From: Escherichia coli
GTDB taxonomy: Bacteria; Pseudomonadota; Gammaproteobacteria; Enterobacterales; Enterobacteriaceae
Strand: one strand, 5' to 3'
Assembly: GCF_030013595.1 (NCBI RefSeq)
Contig: NZ_CP122768.1
Length of the DNA: 64,000 nt
Part shown: positions 23,101-41,041 of the stretch, one piece after another
Layout: the number at the start of each line of letters is the position of its first letter
Position numbering within the stretch: position 1 is the first letter of the stretch
Program-made: the position numbers and the translations under genes
The notes under the pieces: generated by a model
The model's database searches: none
What the model was told of the DNA's origin: nothing
What the model saw: the letters and a program-made list of their open reading frames with translations, nothing else

Positions 23101-23943
23101 GCGTTTGTGATGGAGCGACACGATCACGCTGGTGGCGATGGTCAGACGCTGAATTTACGTGTTATCGGCGGACGTTATCATTACACAGCAGCGGGGCAAC
23201 TGGCTCAGCATGAAGACACTTCTACGGTGCAGCTTAGCGGCGACTTGTTTAGCGGGCGCTGGGGCGCGGATGGCGAGTGGATGCTTGGGGCGGTTGGTGG
23301 CTACAGTGATAACCAGGGCGACAGCCGCTCGAATATGACCGGAACTCGCGCCGATAACCAGAACCACGGTTATGCCGTTGGTCTGACCTCAAGCTGGTTT
23401 CAGCACGGTAATCAGAAGCAGGGGGCCTGGCTGGATAGCTGGCTGCAATACGCGTGGTTTAACAATGATGTTTCCGAACAAGACGATGGCACAGATCATT
23501 ACCATTCGTCGGGGATTATCGCCTCGCTGGAAGCGGGGTATCAGTGGTTACCGGGGCGTGGTGTGGTGATTGAACCGCAGGCGCAGGTGATTTATCAGGG
23601 CGTGCAGCAGGATGATTTTACCGCCGCTAACCATGCGCGCGTGTCACAATCGCAGGGTGATGATATTCAAACGCGGCTGGGTTTACACAGCGAATGGCGT
23701 ACCGCTGTTCATGTCATACCAACATTAGATCTGAATTATTATCACGATCCCCATGCGACGGAAATTGAAGAAGATGGCAGCACTATCAGTGACGATGCGG
23801 TGAAGCAACGGGGGGAAATAAAAGTGGGAGTAACGGGCAATATCAGCCAGCGAGTGTCCCTGCGCGGCAGCGTGGCGTGGCAGAAAGGGAGTGATGATTT
23901 TGCCCAGACGGCAGGGTTTTTGTCGATGACGGTGAAATGGTAG
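20185..23943 (+). CDS. yfaL: type V autotransporter adhesin
   Basis: 1252-aa ORF: signal peptide, G/N/T-rich beta-helix passenger repeats, proline-rich linker, C-terminal beta-barrel ending in W. Confidence 0.88.
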   Translation: MRIIFLRKEYLSLLPSMIASLFSANGVAAAIDLCQGYDIKASCHASRQSLSSFTQDWSIADGQWLVFSDMTNNASGGAVFLQQGAEFSLSPENETGMTLFAINTVSGEYNNGGAIFAKENSTLNLTNVIFSDNVAGGYGGAIYSSGTNDTGVVDLSVTNAVFRNNIANDGKGGAIYTINNDVYLSEVIFDNNQAYTSTSYSDGDGGAIDVTDNNSDITHPSGFTIINNTAFTNNTAEGYGGAIYTNSVTAPYLIDISIDDSYSQNGGVLLDENNSAAGYGDGPSTAAGGFMYLGLSEVTFDIADGKTLVIGNTENDGAVDSIAGTGVITKTGSGDLVLNADNNDFTGEMQIENGEVTLGRSNSLMNVGDTHCQDDPQDCYGLTIGSIDQYQNQAELNVGSTQQTFVHALTGFQNGTLNIDAGGNVTVNQGSFAGTIEGAGQLTIAQNGSYVLAGAQSMALTGDIVVDDGAVLSLEGDATDLAALQDDPQSIVVNGGVLDLSDFSTWQSGTSYNDGLEVSGSGGTVIGSQDVVDLAGGDNLHIGGDGKDGVYVVIDAGDGLVSLANNNSYLGTTQIASGTLVVSDNSQLGNTDENRQLIFTDSQQQSEMEITADVDTRSEAAGHGRDIEMRADGEVAVDAGVDTQWGALMADSSGQHQDEGSTLTKTGAGTLELTASGTTQSAVRVEEGTLQGDVADIFPYASSLWVGDGATFKTGADQDIQSIDATSSGTIDISDGTVLRLTGQDTSVALNASLFNGNGTLVNATDGVTLTGELNTNLETDSLTYLADVTVNGDLTNTSGAVSLQNGVAGDTLTVNGDYTGGGTLLLDSELNGDDSASDQLVLNGNTAGNTTVVINPITGIGEPTSTGIKVVDFAADPTQFQNNAQFSLAGSGYVNMGAYDYTLVEDNNDWYLRSQEVTPPSPPDPDPTPDPDPTPDPDPTPDPAPDPTPAYQPVLNAKVGGYFNNLRAANQAFVMERHDHAGGDGQTLNLRVIGGRYHYTAAGQLAQHEDTSTVQLSGDLFSGRWGADGEWMLGAVGGYSDNQGDSRSNMTGTRADNQNHGYAVGLTSSWFQHGNQKQGAWLDSWLQYAWFNNDVSEQDDGTDHYHSSGIIASLEAGYQWLPGRGVVIEPQAQVIYQGVQQDDFTAANHARVSQSQGDDIQTRLGLHSEWRTAVHVIPTLDLNYYHDPHATEIEEDGSTISDDAVKQRGEIKVGVTGNISQRVSLRGSVAWQKGSDDFAQTAGFLSMTVKW
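22941..23037 (+). repeat. proline-rich PDPT repeat linker in yfaL
   Basis: Encodes PPSPPDPDPTPDPDPTPDPDPTPDPAPDPTP; about three 18-nt units. Confidence 0.7.
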
Positions 23944-23949
23944 CTGCTT

Positions 23950-23998
23950 TGCGCCCGGCATTGTAGCCGGATGTGGTGCGAGCACCTTATCCGGCTAA
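23950..23998. repeat. REP-like palindromic element
   Basis: gccggatgtggtgcgagcaccttatccggc between the yfaL and ubiG 3' ends. Confidence 0.5.
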
Positions 23999-24003
23999 CA
24001 ATT

Positions 24004-24726
24004 TTATTTATTCTGCGTGTGCAGCATATAGTTCACATCCACGCCGGGGCCGAGCTTAAAGGAATTAGTGATCGGGTTGTAATGCAGCCCAGTCATATGC
24101 CGCTCTTTAAGGCTTGTCTGATCCACCCAGCCCAGCAGTTCTGCCGGTTTAATAAACTTCTTCACATCATGTGTACCTTTAGGCACCATGCGCAAAATAT
24201 ATTCCGCGCCGACTACCGCCATCAGCCATGACTTGCCGTTGCGGTTAAGCGTCGAGAAAAAGACATCGCCGCCCGGTTTCACCAGTTGCGCACAGGCTCT
24301 TACCACTGACTGCGGATCGGGCACGTGCTCCAGCATCTCCATGCAGGTCACCACATCATACTGCTCGGCATGTTTTGCCGCGTGCTCTTCCACGGTTTCC
24401 TGCACGTAATCCACCTGAATGCCGCTTTCCAGCGCGTGCAGCTTTGCCACCTGCAATGGCTCAAAGCCCATATCCAGACCGGTCACCGTCGCGCCTTCGC
24501 GCGCCATACTCTCGGCCAGAATGCCGCCGCCACAACCGACATCGAGTACCTTTTTGCCAAATAAACCGCCAGCACGCTCGGCAATATAGCCCAGACGCAG
24601 CGGGTTAATGCGGTGCAGCGGTTTGAACTCACCTTCAAGATCCCACCAGCGGGAGGCGACAGCTTCAAATTTAGCGATCTCTTCGTGGTCTACGTTATGG
24701 TTTACCGGCGATTTTTCGGCATTCAT
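24004..24726 (-). CDS. ubiG: ubiquinone biosynthesis O-methyltransferase
   Basis: ORF trimmed to the ATG at 24726 ([11 protein letters not shown]..); SAM-binding motif [12 protein letters not shown]; 240 aa. Confidence 0.9.
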   Translation of the reverse strand: MNAEKSPVNHNVDHEEIAKFEAVASRWWDLEGEFKPLHRINPLRLGYIAERAGGLFGKKVLDVGCGGGILAESMAREGATVTGLDMGFEPLQVAKLHALESGIQVDYVQETVEEHAAKHAEQYDVVTCMEMLEHVPDPQSVVRACAQLVKPGGDVFFSTLNRNGKSWLMAVVGAEYILRMVPKGTHDVKKFIKPAELLGWVDQTSLKERHMTGLHYNPITNSFKLGPGVDVNYMLHTQNK

Positions 24727-24872
24727 TGGCACTTCTACTCCGTAATTGGCAAGACAAACGAGTATATCAGGCATTGGATGTGAATAAAGCGTATAGGTTT
24801 ACCTCAAACTGCGCGGCTGTGTTATAATTTGCGACCTTTGAATCCGGGATACAGTAGAGGGATAGCGGTTAG

Positions 24873-27500
24873 ATGAGCGACCTTGCGAGAGAAATTACAC
24901 CGGTCAACATTGAGGAAGAGCTGAAGAGCTCCTATCTGGATTATGCGATGTCGGTCATTGTTGGCCGTGCGCTGCCAGATGTCCGAGATGGCCTGAAGCC
25001 GGTACACCGTCGCGTACTTTACGCCATGAACGTACTAGGCAATGACTGGAACAAAGCCTATAAAAAATCTGCCCGTGTCGTTGGTGACGTAATCGGTAAA
25101 TACCATCCCCATGGTGACTCGGCGGTTTATGATACGATCGTCCGTATGGCGCAGCCATTCTCGCTGCGTTACATGCTGGTAGACGGTCAGGGTAACTTCG
25201 GTTCCATCGACGGCGACTCTGCGGCGGCAATGCGTTATACGGAAATCCGTCTGGCGAAAATTGCCCATGAACTGATGGCCGATCTCGAAAAAGAGACGGT
25301 CGATTTCGTTGATAACTATGACGGCACGGAAAAAATTCCCGACGTCATGCCAACCAAAATTCCTAACCTGCTGGTGAACGGTTCTTCCGGTATCGCCGTA
25401 GGTATGGCAACCAACATCCCGCCGCACAACCTGACGGAAGTCATCAACGGTTGTCTGGCGTATATCGATGATGAAGACATCAGCATTGAAGGGCTGATGG
25501 AACACATCCCGGGGCCGGACTTCCCGACGGCGGCAATCATTAACGGTCGTCGCGGTATTGAAGAAGCTTACCGTACCGGTCGTGGCAAGGTATATATCCG
25601 CGCCCGTGCCGAAGTGGAAGTTGACGCCAAAACCGGACGTGAAACCATTATCGTCCACGAAATTCCGTATCAGGTAAACAAAGCGCGCCTGATCGAGAAG
25701 ATTGCGGAACTGGTAAAAGAAAAACGCGTGGAAGGCATCAGCGCGCTGCGTGACGAGTCTGACAAAGACGGTATGCGCATCGTGATTGAAGTTAAACGCG
25801 ATGCGGTCGGTGAAGTTGTGCTTAACAACCTCTACTCCCAGACCCAGTTGCAGGTTTCTTTCGGTATCAACATGGTGGCATTGCATCATGGTCAGCCGAA
25901 GATCATGAACCTGAAAGACATCATCGCGGCGTTTGTTCGTCACCGCCGCGAAGTGGTGACTCGTCGTACTATTTTCGAACTGCGTAAAGCTCGCGATCGT
26001 GCTCATATCCTTGAAGCATTAGCCGTGGCACTGGCGAACATCGACCCGATCATCGAACTGATCCGTCATGCGCCGACGCCTGCAGAAGCGAAAACTGCGC
26101 TGGTTGCTAATCCGTGGCAGCTGGGCAACGTTGCCGCGATGCTCGAACGAGCGGGCGATGATGCTGCGCGTCCGGAATGGCTGGAGCCAGAGTTCGGCGT
26201 GCGTGATGGTCTGTACTACCTGACCGAACAGCAAGCTCAGGCGATTCTGGATCTGCGTTTGCAGAAACTGACCGGCCTTGAGCATGAAAAACTGCTCGAC
26301 GAATACAAAGAGCTGCTGGATCAGATCGCAGAACTGCTGCGTATTCTTGGCAGTGCCGATCGTCTGATGGAAGTGATCCGCGAAGAGCTGGAACTGGTTC
26401 GTGAACAGTTCGGTGACAAACGTCGTACTGAAATTACTGCCAACAGCGCCGACATCAACCTGGAAGATCTGATCACCCAGGAAGATGTGGTTGTGACGCT
26501 CTCTCACCAGGGCTACGTGAAGTATCAGCCGCTTTCTGAATACGAAGCGCAGCGTCGTGGCGGGAAAGGTAAATCTGCCGCACGTATTAAAGAAGAAGAC
26601 TTTATTGACCGACTGCTGGTGGCGAACACCCACGACCATATTCTGTGCTTCTCCAGCCGTGGTCGCGTCTATTCGATGAAAGTCTATCAGTTGCCGGAAG
26701 CCACTCGTGGCGCGCGTGGTCGTCCGATCGTCAACCTGCTGCCGCTGGAGCAGGACGAACGTATCACTGCGATCCTGCCGGTGACCGAGTTTGAAGAAGG
26801 CGTGAAAGTCTTCATGGCGACCGCTAACGGTACCGTGAAGAAAACTGTCCTCACCGAATTCAACCGTCTGCGTACCGCCGGTAAAGTGGCGATCAAACTG
26901 GTTGACGGCGATGAGCTGATCGGCGTTGACCTGACCAGCGGCGAAGACGAAGTAATGCTGTTCTCCGCTGAAGGTAAAGTGGTGCGCTTTAAAGAGTCTT
27001 CTGTCCGTGCGATGGGCTGCAACACCACCGGTGTTCGTGGTATTCGTTTAGGCGAAGGCGATAAAGTCGTCTCTCTGATCGTGCCTCGTGGCGATGGCGC
27101 AATCCTCACCGCAACGCAGAACGGTTATGGTAAACGTACCGCAGTGGCGGAATACCCGACTAAGTCGCGTGCGACGAAAGGGGTTATCTCCATCAAGGTT
27201 ACCGAACGTAACGGTTTAGTGGTTGGCGCGGTGCAGGTAGATGACTGCGACCAGATCATGATGATCACCGATGCCGGTACGCTGGTACGTACTCGCGTTT
27301 CGGAAATCAGCATCGTGGGCCGTAACACCCAGGGCGTGATCCTCATCCGTACTGCGGAAGATGAAAACGTAGTGGGTCTGCAACGTGTTGCTGAACCGGT
27401 TGACGAGGAAGATCTGGATACCATCGACGGCAGTGCCGCGGAAGGGGACGATGAAATCGCTCCGGAAGTGGACGTTGACGACGAGCCAGAAGAAGAATAA
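24873..27500 (+). CDS. gyrA: DNA gyrase subunit A
   Basis: 875-aa ORF; active-site region AAMRYTEIR; QRDR GDSAVYD with Ser83 and Asp87; acidic C-terminal tail. Confidence 0.95.
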
Positions 27501-27521
27501 TTTTACTTCTTCATGCCAAAA

Positions 27522-27541
27522 GGGAGCTATCTCCCTTGTTT
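27522..27541 (+). terminator. candidate terminator after gyrA
   Basis: GGGAG-ctat-CTCCC hairpin followed by TTGTTT. Confidence 0.4.
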
Positions 27542-27648
27542 GAATTGAAAAGTCCAGGCTGCAAAGTCTGGGCTTTTGTCGTATTAGGGCGCGGTAAAGT
27601 TTTGCTGTGCTCATAAAAAATGGCTGGCTTTACACAAGGAATGTGGCA

Positions 27649-34495
<6,847 letters not shown>

Positions 34496-36145
34496 GTGAA
34501 CTGGCGCAGAATCGTCTGGCTATTGGCGTTGGTTACTCTGCCAACGCTTGCGGAGGAGACGCCGTTACAACTGGTGCTGCGCGGTGCGCAGCACGATCAA
34601 CTGTATCAGCTGTCGTCATCAGGCGTGACCAAAGTCTCAGCATTACCTGACATGCTCACCACGCCGTTAGGGAGTTTGTGGAAACTGTATGTTTACGCCT
34701 GGCTGGAGGATACCCATCAACCGGAGCAGGCCTACCAGTGTCGTGGAAACTCCCCGGAAGAGGTTTATTGTTGTCAGGCTGGGGAGAGCATAACGCGCGA
34801 TACCGCGCTGGTACGTTCCTGTGGGCTCTATTTTGCGCCGCAGCGGTTGCATATTGGCGCAGATGTGTGGGGGCAATACTGGCAACAGCGTCAGGCACCT
34901 GCGTGGTTAGCGTCTCTTACTACGCTGAAGCCAGAAACCTCGGTAACGGTTAAATCACTGCTTGATTCATTAGCGACGTTACCCGCGCAAAACAAAGCTC
35001 AGGAAGTCTTACTGGATGTGGTGCTGGACGAGGCGAAAATCGGTGTCGCATCTATGCTCGGTAGTCGGGTACGGGTGAAAACCTGGAGCTGGTTTGCCGA
35101 TAATAAACAGGAAATCCGTCAGGGTGGTTTTGCTGGCTGGTTAACCGATGGTACACCGCTGTGGGCTACTGGCAGTGGCACCAGCAAAACGGTACTAACC
35201 CGTTATGCGACGGTGCTTAATCGAGTTTTGCCAGTGCCGACGCAGGTTGCCAGTGGGCAATGTGTAGAGGTGGAACTGTTTGCCCGCTATCCGCTGAAGA
35301 AAATCACAGCGGAAAAGAGTACGACGGCAGTAAAACCCGGCGTACTTAATGGGCGCTATCGTGTGACGTTTACTAATGGTAACCACATTACGTTTGTCAG
35401 CCACGGTGAGACGACCTTACTGAGCGAAAAGGGCAAACTGAAATTGCAGTCGCATCTTGATCGTGAAGAGTACGTTGCCAGAGTTCTGGATCGCGAGGCG
35501 AAAAGTACGCCCCCTGAGGCAGCGAAAGCCATGACCGTGGCGATTCGCACTTTTTTACAGCAAAACGCCAATCGGGAAGGCGATTGCCTGACCATCCCCG
35601 ACAGTAGCGCCACGCAGCGTGTTTCTGCTTCGCCAGCGACCACGGGGGCGCGAACGATGACCGCCTGGACGCAGGATCTCATCTATGCGGGCGATCCGGT
35701 TCATTATCACGGCAGTCGCGCTACCGAAGGGACGCTTTCCTGGCGGCAAGCCATGGCCCAGGCGGGGCAGGGGGAGCGTTACGACCAGATACTCGCGTTT
35801 GCTTATCCCGACAACAGCCTTAGCCGCTGGGGAGCGCCACGCTCAACCTGCCAGTTATTACCCAAAGCGAAAGCCTGGCTGGCGAAAAAAATGCCGCAGT
35901 GGCGGCGTATATTACAAGGTGAGACGGGGTACAACGAACCAGACGTGTTTGCGGTTTGCCGTTTAGTCTCAGGTTTCCCCTATACCGATCGGCAGCAGAA
36001 ACGGCTGTTTATTCGTAACTTCTTTACGCTTCAGGATCGGCTCGATTTAACCCATGAGTATCTGCATCTGGCCTTTGATGGTTATCCCACCGGGCTTGAT
36101 GAGAACTATATCGAAACGCTGACCCGACAATTATTAATGGACTAA
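34496..36145 (+). CDS. yfaQ: exported protein of unknown function
   Basis: 549-aa ORF with a GTG start directly abutting the yfaS TAA; signal peptide. Confidence 0.8.
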   Translation: MNWRRIVWLLALVTLPTLAEETPLQLVLRGAQHDQLYQLSSSGVTKVSALPDMLTTPLGSLWKLYVYAWLEDTHQPEQAYQCRGNSPEEVYCCQAGESITRDTALVRSCGLYFAPQRLHIGADVWGQYWQQRQAPAWLASLTTLKPETSVTVKSLLDSLATLPAQNKAQEVLLDVVLDEAKIGVASMLGSRVRVKTWSWFADNKQEIRQGGFAGWLTDGTPLWATGSGTSKTVLTRYATVLNRVLPVPTQVASGQCVEVELFARYPLKKITAEKSTTAVKPGVLNGRYRVTFTNGNHITFVSHGETTLLSEKGKLKLQSHLDREEYVARVLDREAKSTPPEAAKAMTVAIRTFLQQNANREGDCLTIPDSSATQRVSASPATTGARTMTAWTQDLIYAGDPVHYHGSRATEGTLSWRQAMAQAGQGERYDQILAFAYPDNSLSRWGAPRSTCQLLPKAKAWLAKKMPQWRRILQGETGYNEPDVFAVCRLVSGFPYTDRQQKRLFIRNFFTLQDRLDLTHEYLHLAFDGYPTGLDENYIETLTRQLLMD

Positions 36146-36149
36146 TGCT

Positions 36150-36926
36150 ATGCGAAAGATTTTTCTTCCGTTGTTACTGGTGGCGCTTTCGCCTGTTGCC
36201 CATGGCGAAGGTGTGCAGGAAGTCGAGATTGATGCACCGCTCTCTGGCTGGCATCAGGCAGAGGGCGAAGATGCCAGTTTTTCACAATCGATCAATTACC
36301 CGGCGTCGTCCGTCAACATGGCAGATGATCAAAATATCTCAGCGCAGATCCGCGGCAAAATAAAGAATTATGCTGCGGCGGGTAAAGTTCAGCAGGGCCG
36401 GCTGGTGGTCAACGGTGCCAGTATGCCGCAGAGAATTGAATCCGATGGTTCATTTGCACGCCCTTATATTTTCACTGAAGGCAGCAACAGCGTGCAGGTC
36501 ATCAGCCCGGATGGGCAAAGCCGACAAAAAATGCAGTTTTACTCAACGCCGGGCGCTGGAGCGATCCGCGCGCGTTTACGGCTGGTTCTCTCCTGGGACA
36601 CGGACAATACCGATCTCGACCTTCACGTTGTTACGCCCGATGGCGAACACGCCTGGTACGGTAACACCGTGCTGAAAAACAGTGGTGCACTGGATATGGA
36701 TGTCACGACGGGGTACGGACCCGAGATCTTCGCCATGCCAGCGCCAGTTCACGGACGTTATCAGGTGTATATCAACTACTATGGCGGACGCAGCGAAACG
36801 GAATTGACGACCGCCCAACTGACGCTGATCACCGATGAAGGATCGGTCAATGAGAAACAGGAAACATTTATTGTACCGATGCGTAATGCTGGCGAGCTGA
36901 CGCTGGTGAAAAGTTTTGACTGGTGA
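36150..36926 (+). CDS. yfaP: exported protein of unknown function
   Basis: 258-aa ORF; ATG 4 nt after the yfaQ stop; signal peptide MRKIFLPLLLVALSPVAHG. Confidence 0.8.
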   Translation: MRKIFLPLLLVALSPVAHGEGVQEVEIDAPLSGWHQAEGEDASFSQSINYPASSVNMADDQNISAQIRGKIKNYAAAGKVQQGRLVVNGASMPQRIESDGSFARPYIFTEGSNSVQVISPDGQSRQKMQFYSTPGAGAIRARLRLVLSWDTDNTDLDLHVVTPDGEHAWYGNTVLKNSGALDMDVTTGYGPEIFAMPAPVHGRYQVYINYYGGRSETELTTAQLTLITDEGSVNEKQETFIVPMRNAGELTLVKSFDW

Positions 36927-36963
36927 TTAATGGGGTTACCTTCGCCGTCGATGTTCAAGAAAA

Positions 36964-36995
36964 CGCCCGATAACTTTCGCTATCGGGTGTTTTTA
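36964..36995. terminator. bidirectional terminator between yfaP and atoB
   Basis: CCCGATA-loop-TATCGGG hairpin followed by TGTTTTT. Confidence 0.6.
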
Positions 36996-36999
36996 TTGA

Positions 37000-38184
37000 T
37001 TAATTCAACCGTTCAATCACCATCGCAATTCCCTGGCCGCCACCAATGCACAGTGTTGCCAGCCCCAGCGTTTTATCGTGTGCCTGCATGGCATGTAATA
37101 GTGTGACCAGAATACGAGCACCACTGGCACCGATAGGATGCCCGAGCGCGATGGCCCCGCCGTTGACATTCACTTTCTCAGAATCAAAGCCCAGGGTTTT
37201 CCCAACGGCAAGGAACTGTGCAGCAAATGCTTCATTAGCCTCAATGAGATCAATATCCGCCAGTTGCAGCCCCGCCAGTTGTAACGCTTTTTGCGTGGCA
37301 GGTACTGGCCCCATACCCATCAATGCGGGGGGCACGCCACCGCTGGCATAACTTTTAATGCGAGCCAGGGGGGTAAGGCCTGCTGCCAGCGCCGCAGATT
37401 CTTCCATAATCACCAGAGCGGCAGCACCGTCGTTAATACCAGACGCGTTCCCGGCGGTGACTGTTCCTGCTTTATCGAAGGCCGGGCGCAATGCGCCTAA
37501 CGCTTCAGTCGTAGAATCCGCTTTCGGGAATTCGTCTTGACTGAAGACGAAGGTTTTCTTCCGGGTGACAACATTTACCGGGACGATTTCGGCTGTAAAA
37601 GCACCGGACTCAATTGCGGCTGCCGCTTTACGCTGTGAATGTAGCGCCAGTTCATCCTGCATTTCTCGGGTAATTCCGTACTCTTTGGCCACGTTCTCGG
37701 CGGTAATCCCCATATGATAACCATGGGTGGCGCACATCAGACCATCGCGCAGGATTACGTCATAAACCTGTCCGTCTCCAAGACGATAACCAGCGCGTGC
37801 TTTTGCATCGAGTAAGTAGGGCGCTAAACTCATATTTTCCATACCCCCCGCCACAATGCTTTGCGCCTGACCTGCCTGAATTGCCTGGGCGGCAAGCGCC
37901 ACACTTTTAAGACCCGAACCACACACTTTATTGACCGTGAATCCGCATACCGTTTCTGCCAGCCCGCTTTTTAACAGTGCCTGACGTGCCGGATTTTGCC
38001 CCAACCCGGCTTGCAACACGTTACCCATAATCACTTCATCAATGTGTAGTGAATCGATTTTTGCACGTTCAATGGCGGCTTTAATTACTGTCGCCCCCAG
38101 GTCGATGGCGCTGGTGGAAGCGAGTGAACCGTTAAAACTACCGATAGCAGTACGTACCGCACTGACGATGACACAATTTTTCAT
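37000..38184 (-). CDS. atoB: acetyl-CoA acetyltransferase (thiolase II)
   Basis: 394-aa ORF with thiolase active-site regions (VNKVCGSG, C-terminal GGGQG). Confidence 0.92.
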   Translation of the reverse strand: MKNCVIVSAVRTAIGSFNGSLASTSAIDLGATVIKAAIERAKIDSLHIDEVIMGNVLQAGLGQNPARQALLKSGLAETVCGFTVNKVCGSGLKSVALAAQAIQAGQAQSIVAGGMENMSLAPYLLDAKARAGYRLGDGQVYDVILRDGLMCATHGYHMGITAENVAKEYGITREMQDELALHSQRKAAAAIESGAFTAEIVPVNVVTRKKTFVFSQDEFPKADSTTEALGALRPAFDKAGTVTAGNASGINDGAAALVIMEESAALAAGLTPLARIKSYASGGVPPALMGMGPVPATQKALQLAGLQLADIDLIEANEAFAAQFLAVGKTLGFDSEKVNVNGGAIALGHPIGASGARILVTLLHAMQAHDKTLGLATLCIGGGQGIAMVIERLN

Positions 38185-38214
38185 TTTTTATTCCTTCTGT
38201 CTGTAGGGTTGCCG

Positions 38215-39537
38215 TCAGAACAGCGTTAAACCAATGACGAAAATGACGCCGGAGAAGAGCAGGGCAGTGATGCAATAGCCCATGATGTCGCGGACACCGA
38301 GTCCGGCGATTGCCAGTGCTGGCAGCGCCCAGAATGGTTGTGCCATGTTCATCCATTGCTCGCCGTAGGCGATCGCCATTACCGATTTACCGAGATCAGC
38401 GCCCAGCGCCTGGGCTGCGGGTATCACGAAAGGTCCCTGAATAACCCAGTGACCGCCGCCAGACGGAACGGCGAAGTTAATCAGTGCAGAACTAAAAAAG
38501 GTCATTACCGGGAAGGTGTCTTTGTTCGCAACATTGATGAAGAATTCGGTAATGAGTCCGCCCAGACCGGAATGCTCCATCATCAGTTGGATGCCAGCGT
38601 AGAAGGGGAATTGCACCAGAATACCGGCAGTACTGCGTGCTGCCGCGCTGATAGCACGCATATAAGCCATTGGCGTTTTATGTAGCAGCAGACCCGCAAT
38701 CATAAACATCAGGTTGACGGTATTGATGGTGATGTTGAAGCCATGTTCGCTGAAGTACATCGCAAGGTAAGCGATACCGAGTGCGCCGATGATCAACGTC
38801 AGAATGCGGCTTTCTTCCAGTCGCTCGGATGGTGGGGCATCTTTCGGTAGCTGCTTTTGGAAATCAGCCTCTTCCATGAGTAGTTTCGGATCGATACTCA
38901 CCACGTCAGACGGTTTTGGCATCATCATGCGGGTGATAAATGGCATCACCACAATCAACGCCACAGTGATGAAAATGTTAAAACCACTGAACAGAGTATC
39001 GCCCACCGGGATCAGCCCGGCGATATGCTCAACCGGGTTGCCCGGTGTTGCAGCCAACAGAGGCATTGAGCCAGAGAAACCGCCACCCCAGGTGAGAAAA
39101 CCAATGTAGGCGCAGGCAATGAGCAACGGATAATCAGAACCGGGTACTCGGCGGGCGACTTCACGGGCAAACATTGCGCCGACAACCAAACCAAATCCCC
39201 AGTTGATGACACAAGCGACTGAACCGAAGAAAGTAACCAGCATGACGCCCTGTACGGGCGTCTTTGCGGCGGAGGCGGCAGTACGCAGCAAACTTTTTAC
39301 CGGAGCAGAGCTGGCAAGGGCATGACCGGTAACGATGATAAGCGCCATCTGCATACCAAACGCCAGCAAGTTCCAGAAACCGTCACCCCACATTTTCACC
39401 ATGCTGATCGGCGTTTGTGGTGTTAACCAAAGCGCGATCACGAAAGTTAGCAATGTCAGCAACATGGCAAAGATCAGTGGATCGGGAAGCCACCGGCTGA
39501 CAAAACGCGTCATAAAACGCGATATGCGACCAATCAT
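38215..39537 (-). CDS. atoE: short-chain fatty acid transporter
   Basis: 440-aa multi-pass membrane ORF in the ato operon. Confidence 0.9.
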   Translation of the reverse strand: MIGRISRFMTRFVSRWLPDPLIFAMLLTLLTFVIALWLTPQTPISMVKMWGDGFWNLLAFGMQMALIIVTGHALASSAPVKSLLRTAASAAKTPVQGVMLVTFFGSVACVINWGFGLVVGAMFAREVARRVPGSDYPLLIACAYIGFLTWGGGFSGSMPLLAATPGNPVEHIAGLIPVGDTLFSGFNIFITVALIVVMPFITRMMMPKPSDVVSIDPKLLMEEADFQKQLPKDAPPSERLEESRILTLIIGALGIAYLAMYFSEHGFNITINTVNLMFMIAGLLLHKTPMAYMRAISAAARSTAGILVQFPFYAGIQLMMEHSGLGGLITEFFINVANKDTFPVMTFFSSALINFAVPSGGGHWVIQGPFVIPAAQALGADLGKSVMAIAYGEQWMNMAQPFWALPALAIAGLGVRDIMGYCITALLFSGVIFVIGLTLF

Positions 39538-40184
39538 AAATCACCCCGTTGCGTATTCAGATCGGCGGCGACTTCAAACCGAGCTTCTGTTTTGGCACGC
39601 ACGGTGGCTAAATCACACCCGTCGGCAATTTCGGTGAGCCACATTTTGCCGTCAATAAAACGAAAGACAGCCAGTTCAGTAACCAGCATATGCACCGCAT
39701 GTTGCGCAGTGAGTGGCATGGTGCAGCGGCGCAAAATTTTTGCTGAACCATCTTTGGCACAATGTTCCATGGCGATGATCACTTTGCGCGACCCGGTCAC
39801 CAGATCCATCGCGCCACCCATACCGGGCACCATTTTCCCAGGCACTACCCAGTTCGCGAGGTTTGCTTCTTCGTCTACTTGCAAACCGCCGAGCACGCAG
39901 GCATCAATATGACCGCCGCGGATTAGCGCAAATGACATGGCGCTATCAAACATGGCTGCACCGGGTAAAACACCGCACGGTTGCCCGCCAGCGTTCACCA
40001 GATCTGGATGCGCTGTCGTGACCGGGCCTAAACCGAGGAAGCCGTTTTCCGATTGCAGAGTGATATGAATACCCTCCGGTAAATAATTGGCGACCATTGT
40101 GGGTAAACCGATCCCTAAGTTAACGATGTCACCATCACGAAGCTCTTGCGCCACACGGCGCGCAATACGTTGTTTCGCATCCAT
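39534..40184 (-). CDS. atoA: acetate CoA-transferase beta subunit
   Basis: 216-aa ORF; overlaps atoE by 4 nt. Confidence 0.92.
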   Translation of the reverse strand: MDAKQRIARRVAQELRDGDIVNLGIGLPTMVANYLPEGIHITLQSENGFLGLGPVTTAHPDLVNAGGQPCGVLPGAAMFDSAMSFALIRGGHIDACVLGGLQVDEEANLANWVVPGKMVPGMGGAMDLVTGSRKVIIAMEHCAKDGSAKILRRCTMPLTAQHAVHMLVTELAVFRFIDGKMWLTEIADGCDLATVRAKTEARFEVAADLNTQRGDL

Positions 40185-40846
40185 TATTTGCTCTCCTGTG
40201 AAACGATGATGTGGTCGATAACGGCACCAGGGGTGACAATATGGTCAGGTTGCAGCTCGCCGGTTTCGACCAGTTCATCCGGCTCTACCAGCGTGATATC
40301 AGCCGCAAGGGCTATCAGGGGGTTAAAGTTGCGGGCGCTAAGGTGATAGGTCAGGTTGCCAAGTGTGTCGCAACGATGAGCGCGAATTAGCGCCAGGTCG
40401 GCGCGCAGCGGGCGTTCGAGCAGCCAGGTTTTACCGTCGAGTGTCAGTGTCTGTTTGCCTTCCTCTACGACGGTGCCGACACCCGTTGGTGTGAGAAAAC
40501 CACCAAGTCCAGCTCCACCACAGCGAATTTGCTCGATTAGCGTACCTTGCGGCACCAGAACGACGTCCATCTCACCAGATATCATGCGCCGACCTGTTTC
40601 CGGGTTGGTGCCGATATGTGAAGCAATCACTTTGCGGACTCGACCATTGACGATGAGCGGACCGATGCCAGTATCAACAAACGCGGTATCATTGGCTATC
40701 AATGTCAGGTCGCGAACACCAGATTCCAGTAATGCTTCAACCAGGCGGGATGGAGTGCCAATCCCCATAAATCCGCCCACCATGATGGTCATGCCGTCAC
40801 GAAAGAAGCCGGTGGCATCTTGTAATGTCATCAATTTTGTTTTCAT
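40184..40846 (-). CDS. atoD: acetate CoA-transferase alpha subunit
   Basis: 220-aa ORF; overlaps atoA by 1 nt. Confidence 0.92.
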   Translation of the reverse strand: MKTKLMTLQDATGFFRDGMTIMVGGFMGIGTPSRLVEALLESGVRDLTLIANDTAFVDTGIGPLIVNGRVRKVIASHIGTNPETGRRMISGEMDVVLVPQGTLIEQIRCGGAGLGGFLTPTGVGTVVEEGKQTLTLDGKTWLLERPLRADLALIRAHRCDTLGNLTYHLSARNFNPLIALAADITLVEPDELVETGELQPDHIVTPGAVIDHIIVSQESK

Positions 40847-41041
40847 TTTTTATCCCTCTTGCATACACCGTTGTGGGTACAGTCAGGGAATAGCAAGGGG
40901 AGTGCCAGAATGAGATTATTGGATTTTGTTATTTAACTAATTGAATATGAAGGGATAAATTGGATGGGGATTTATAAGGAGAATGAGCGGCTATGCAGAA
41001 AATTGCGCACTGTGCAAATTTCTGCATAGCAAGTTTTGGCG

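Noticed and set aside
25035-26006. 323-aa frame antisense to gyrA
   Set aside because: Embedded in gyrA on the opposite strand with no independent support.
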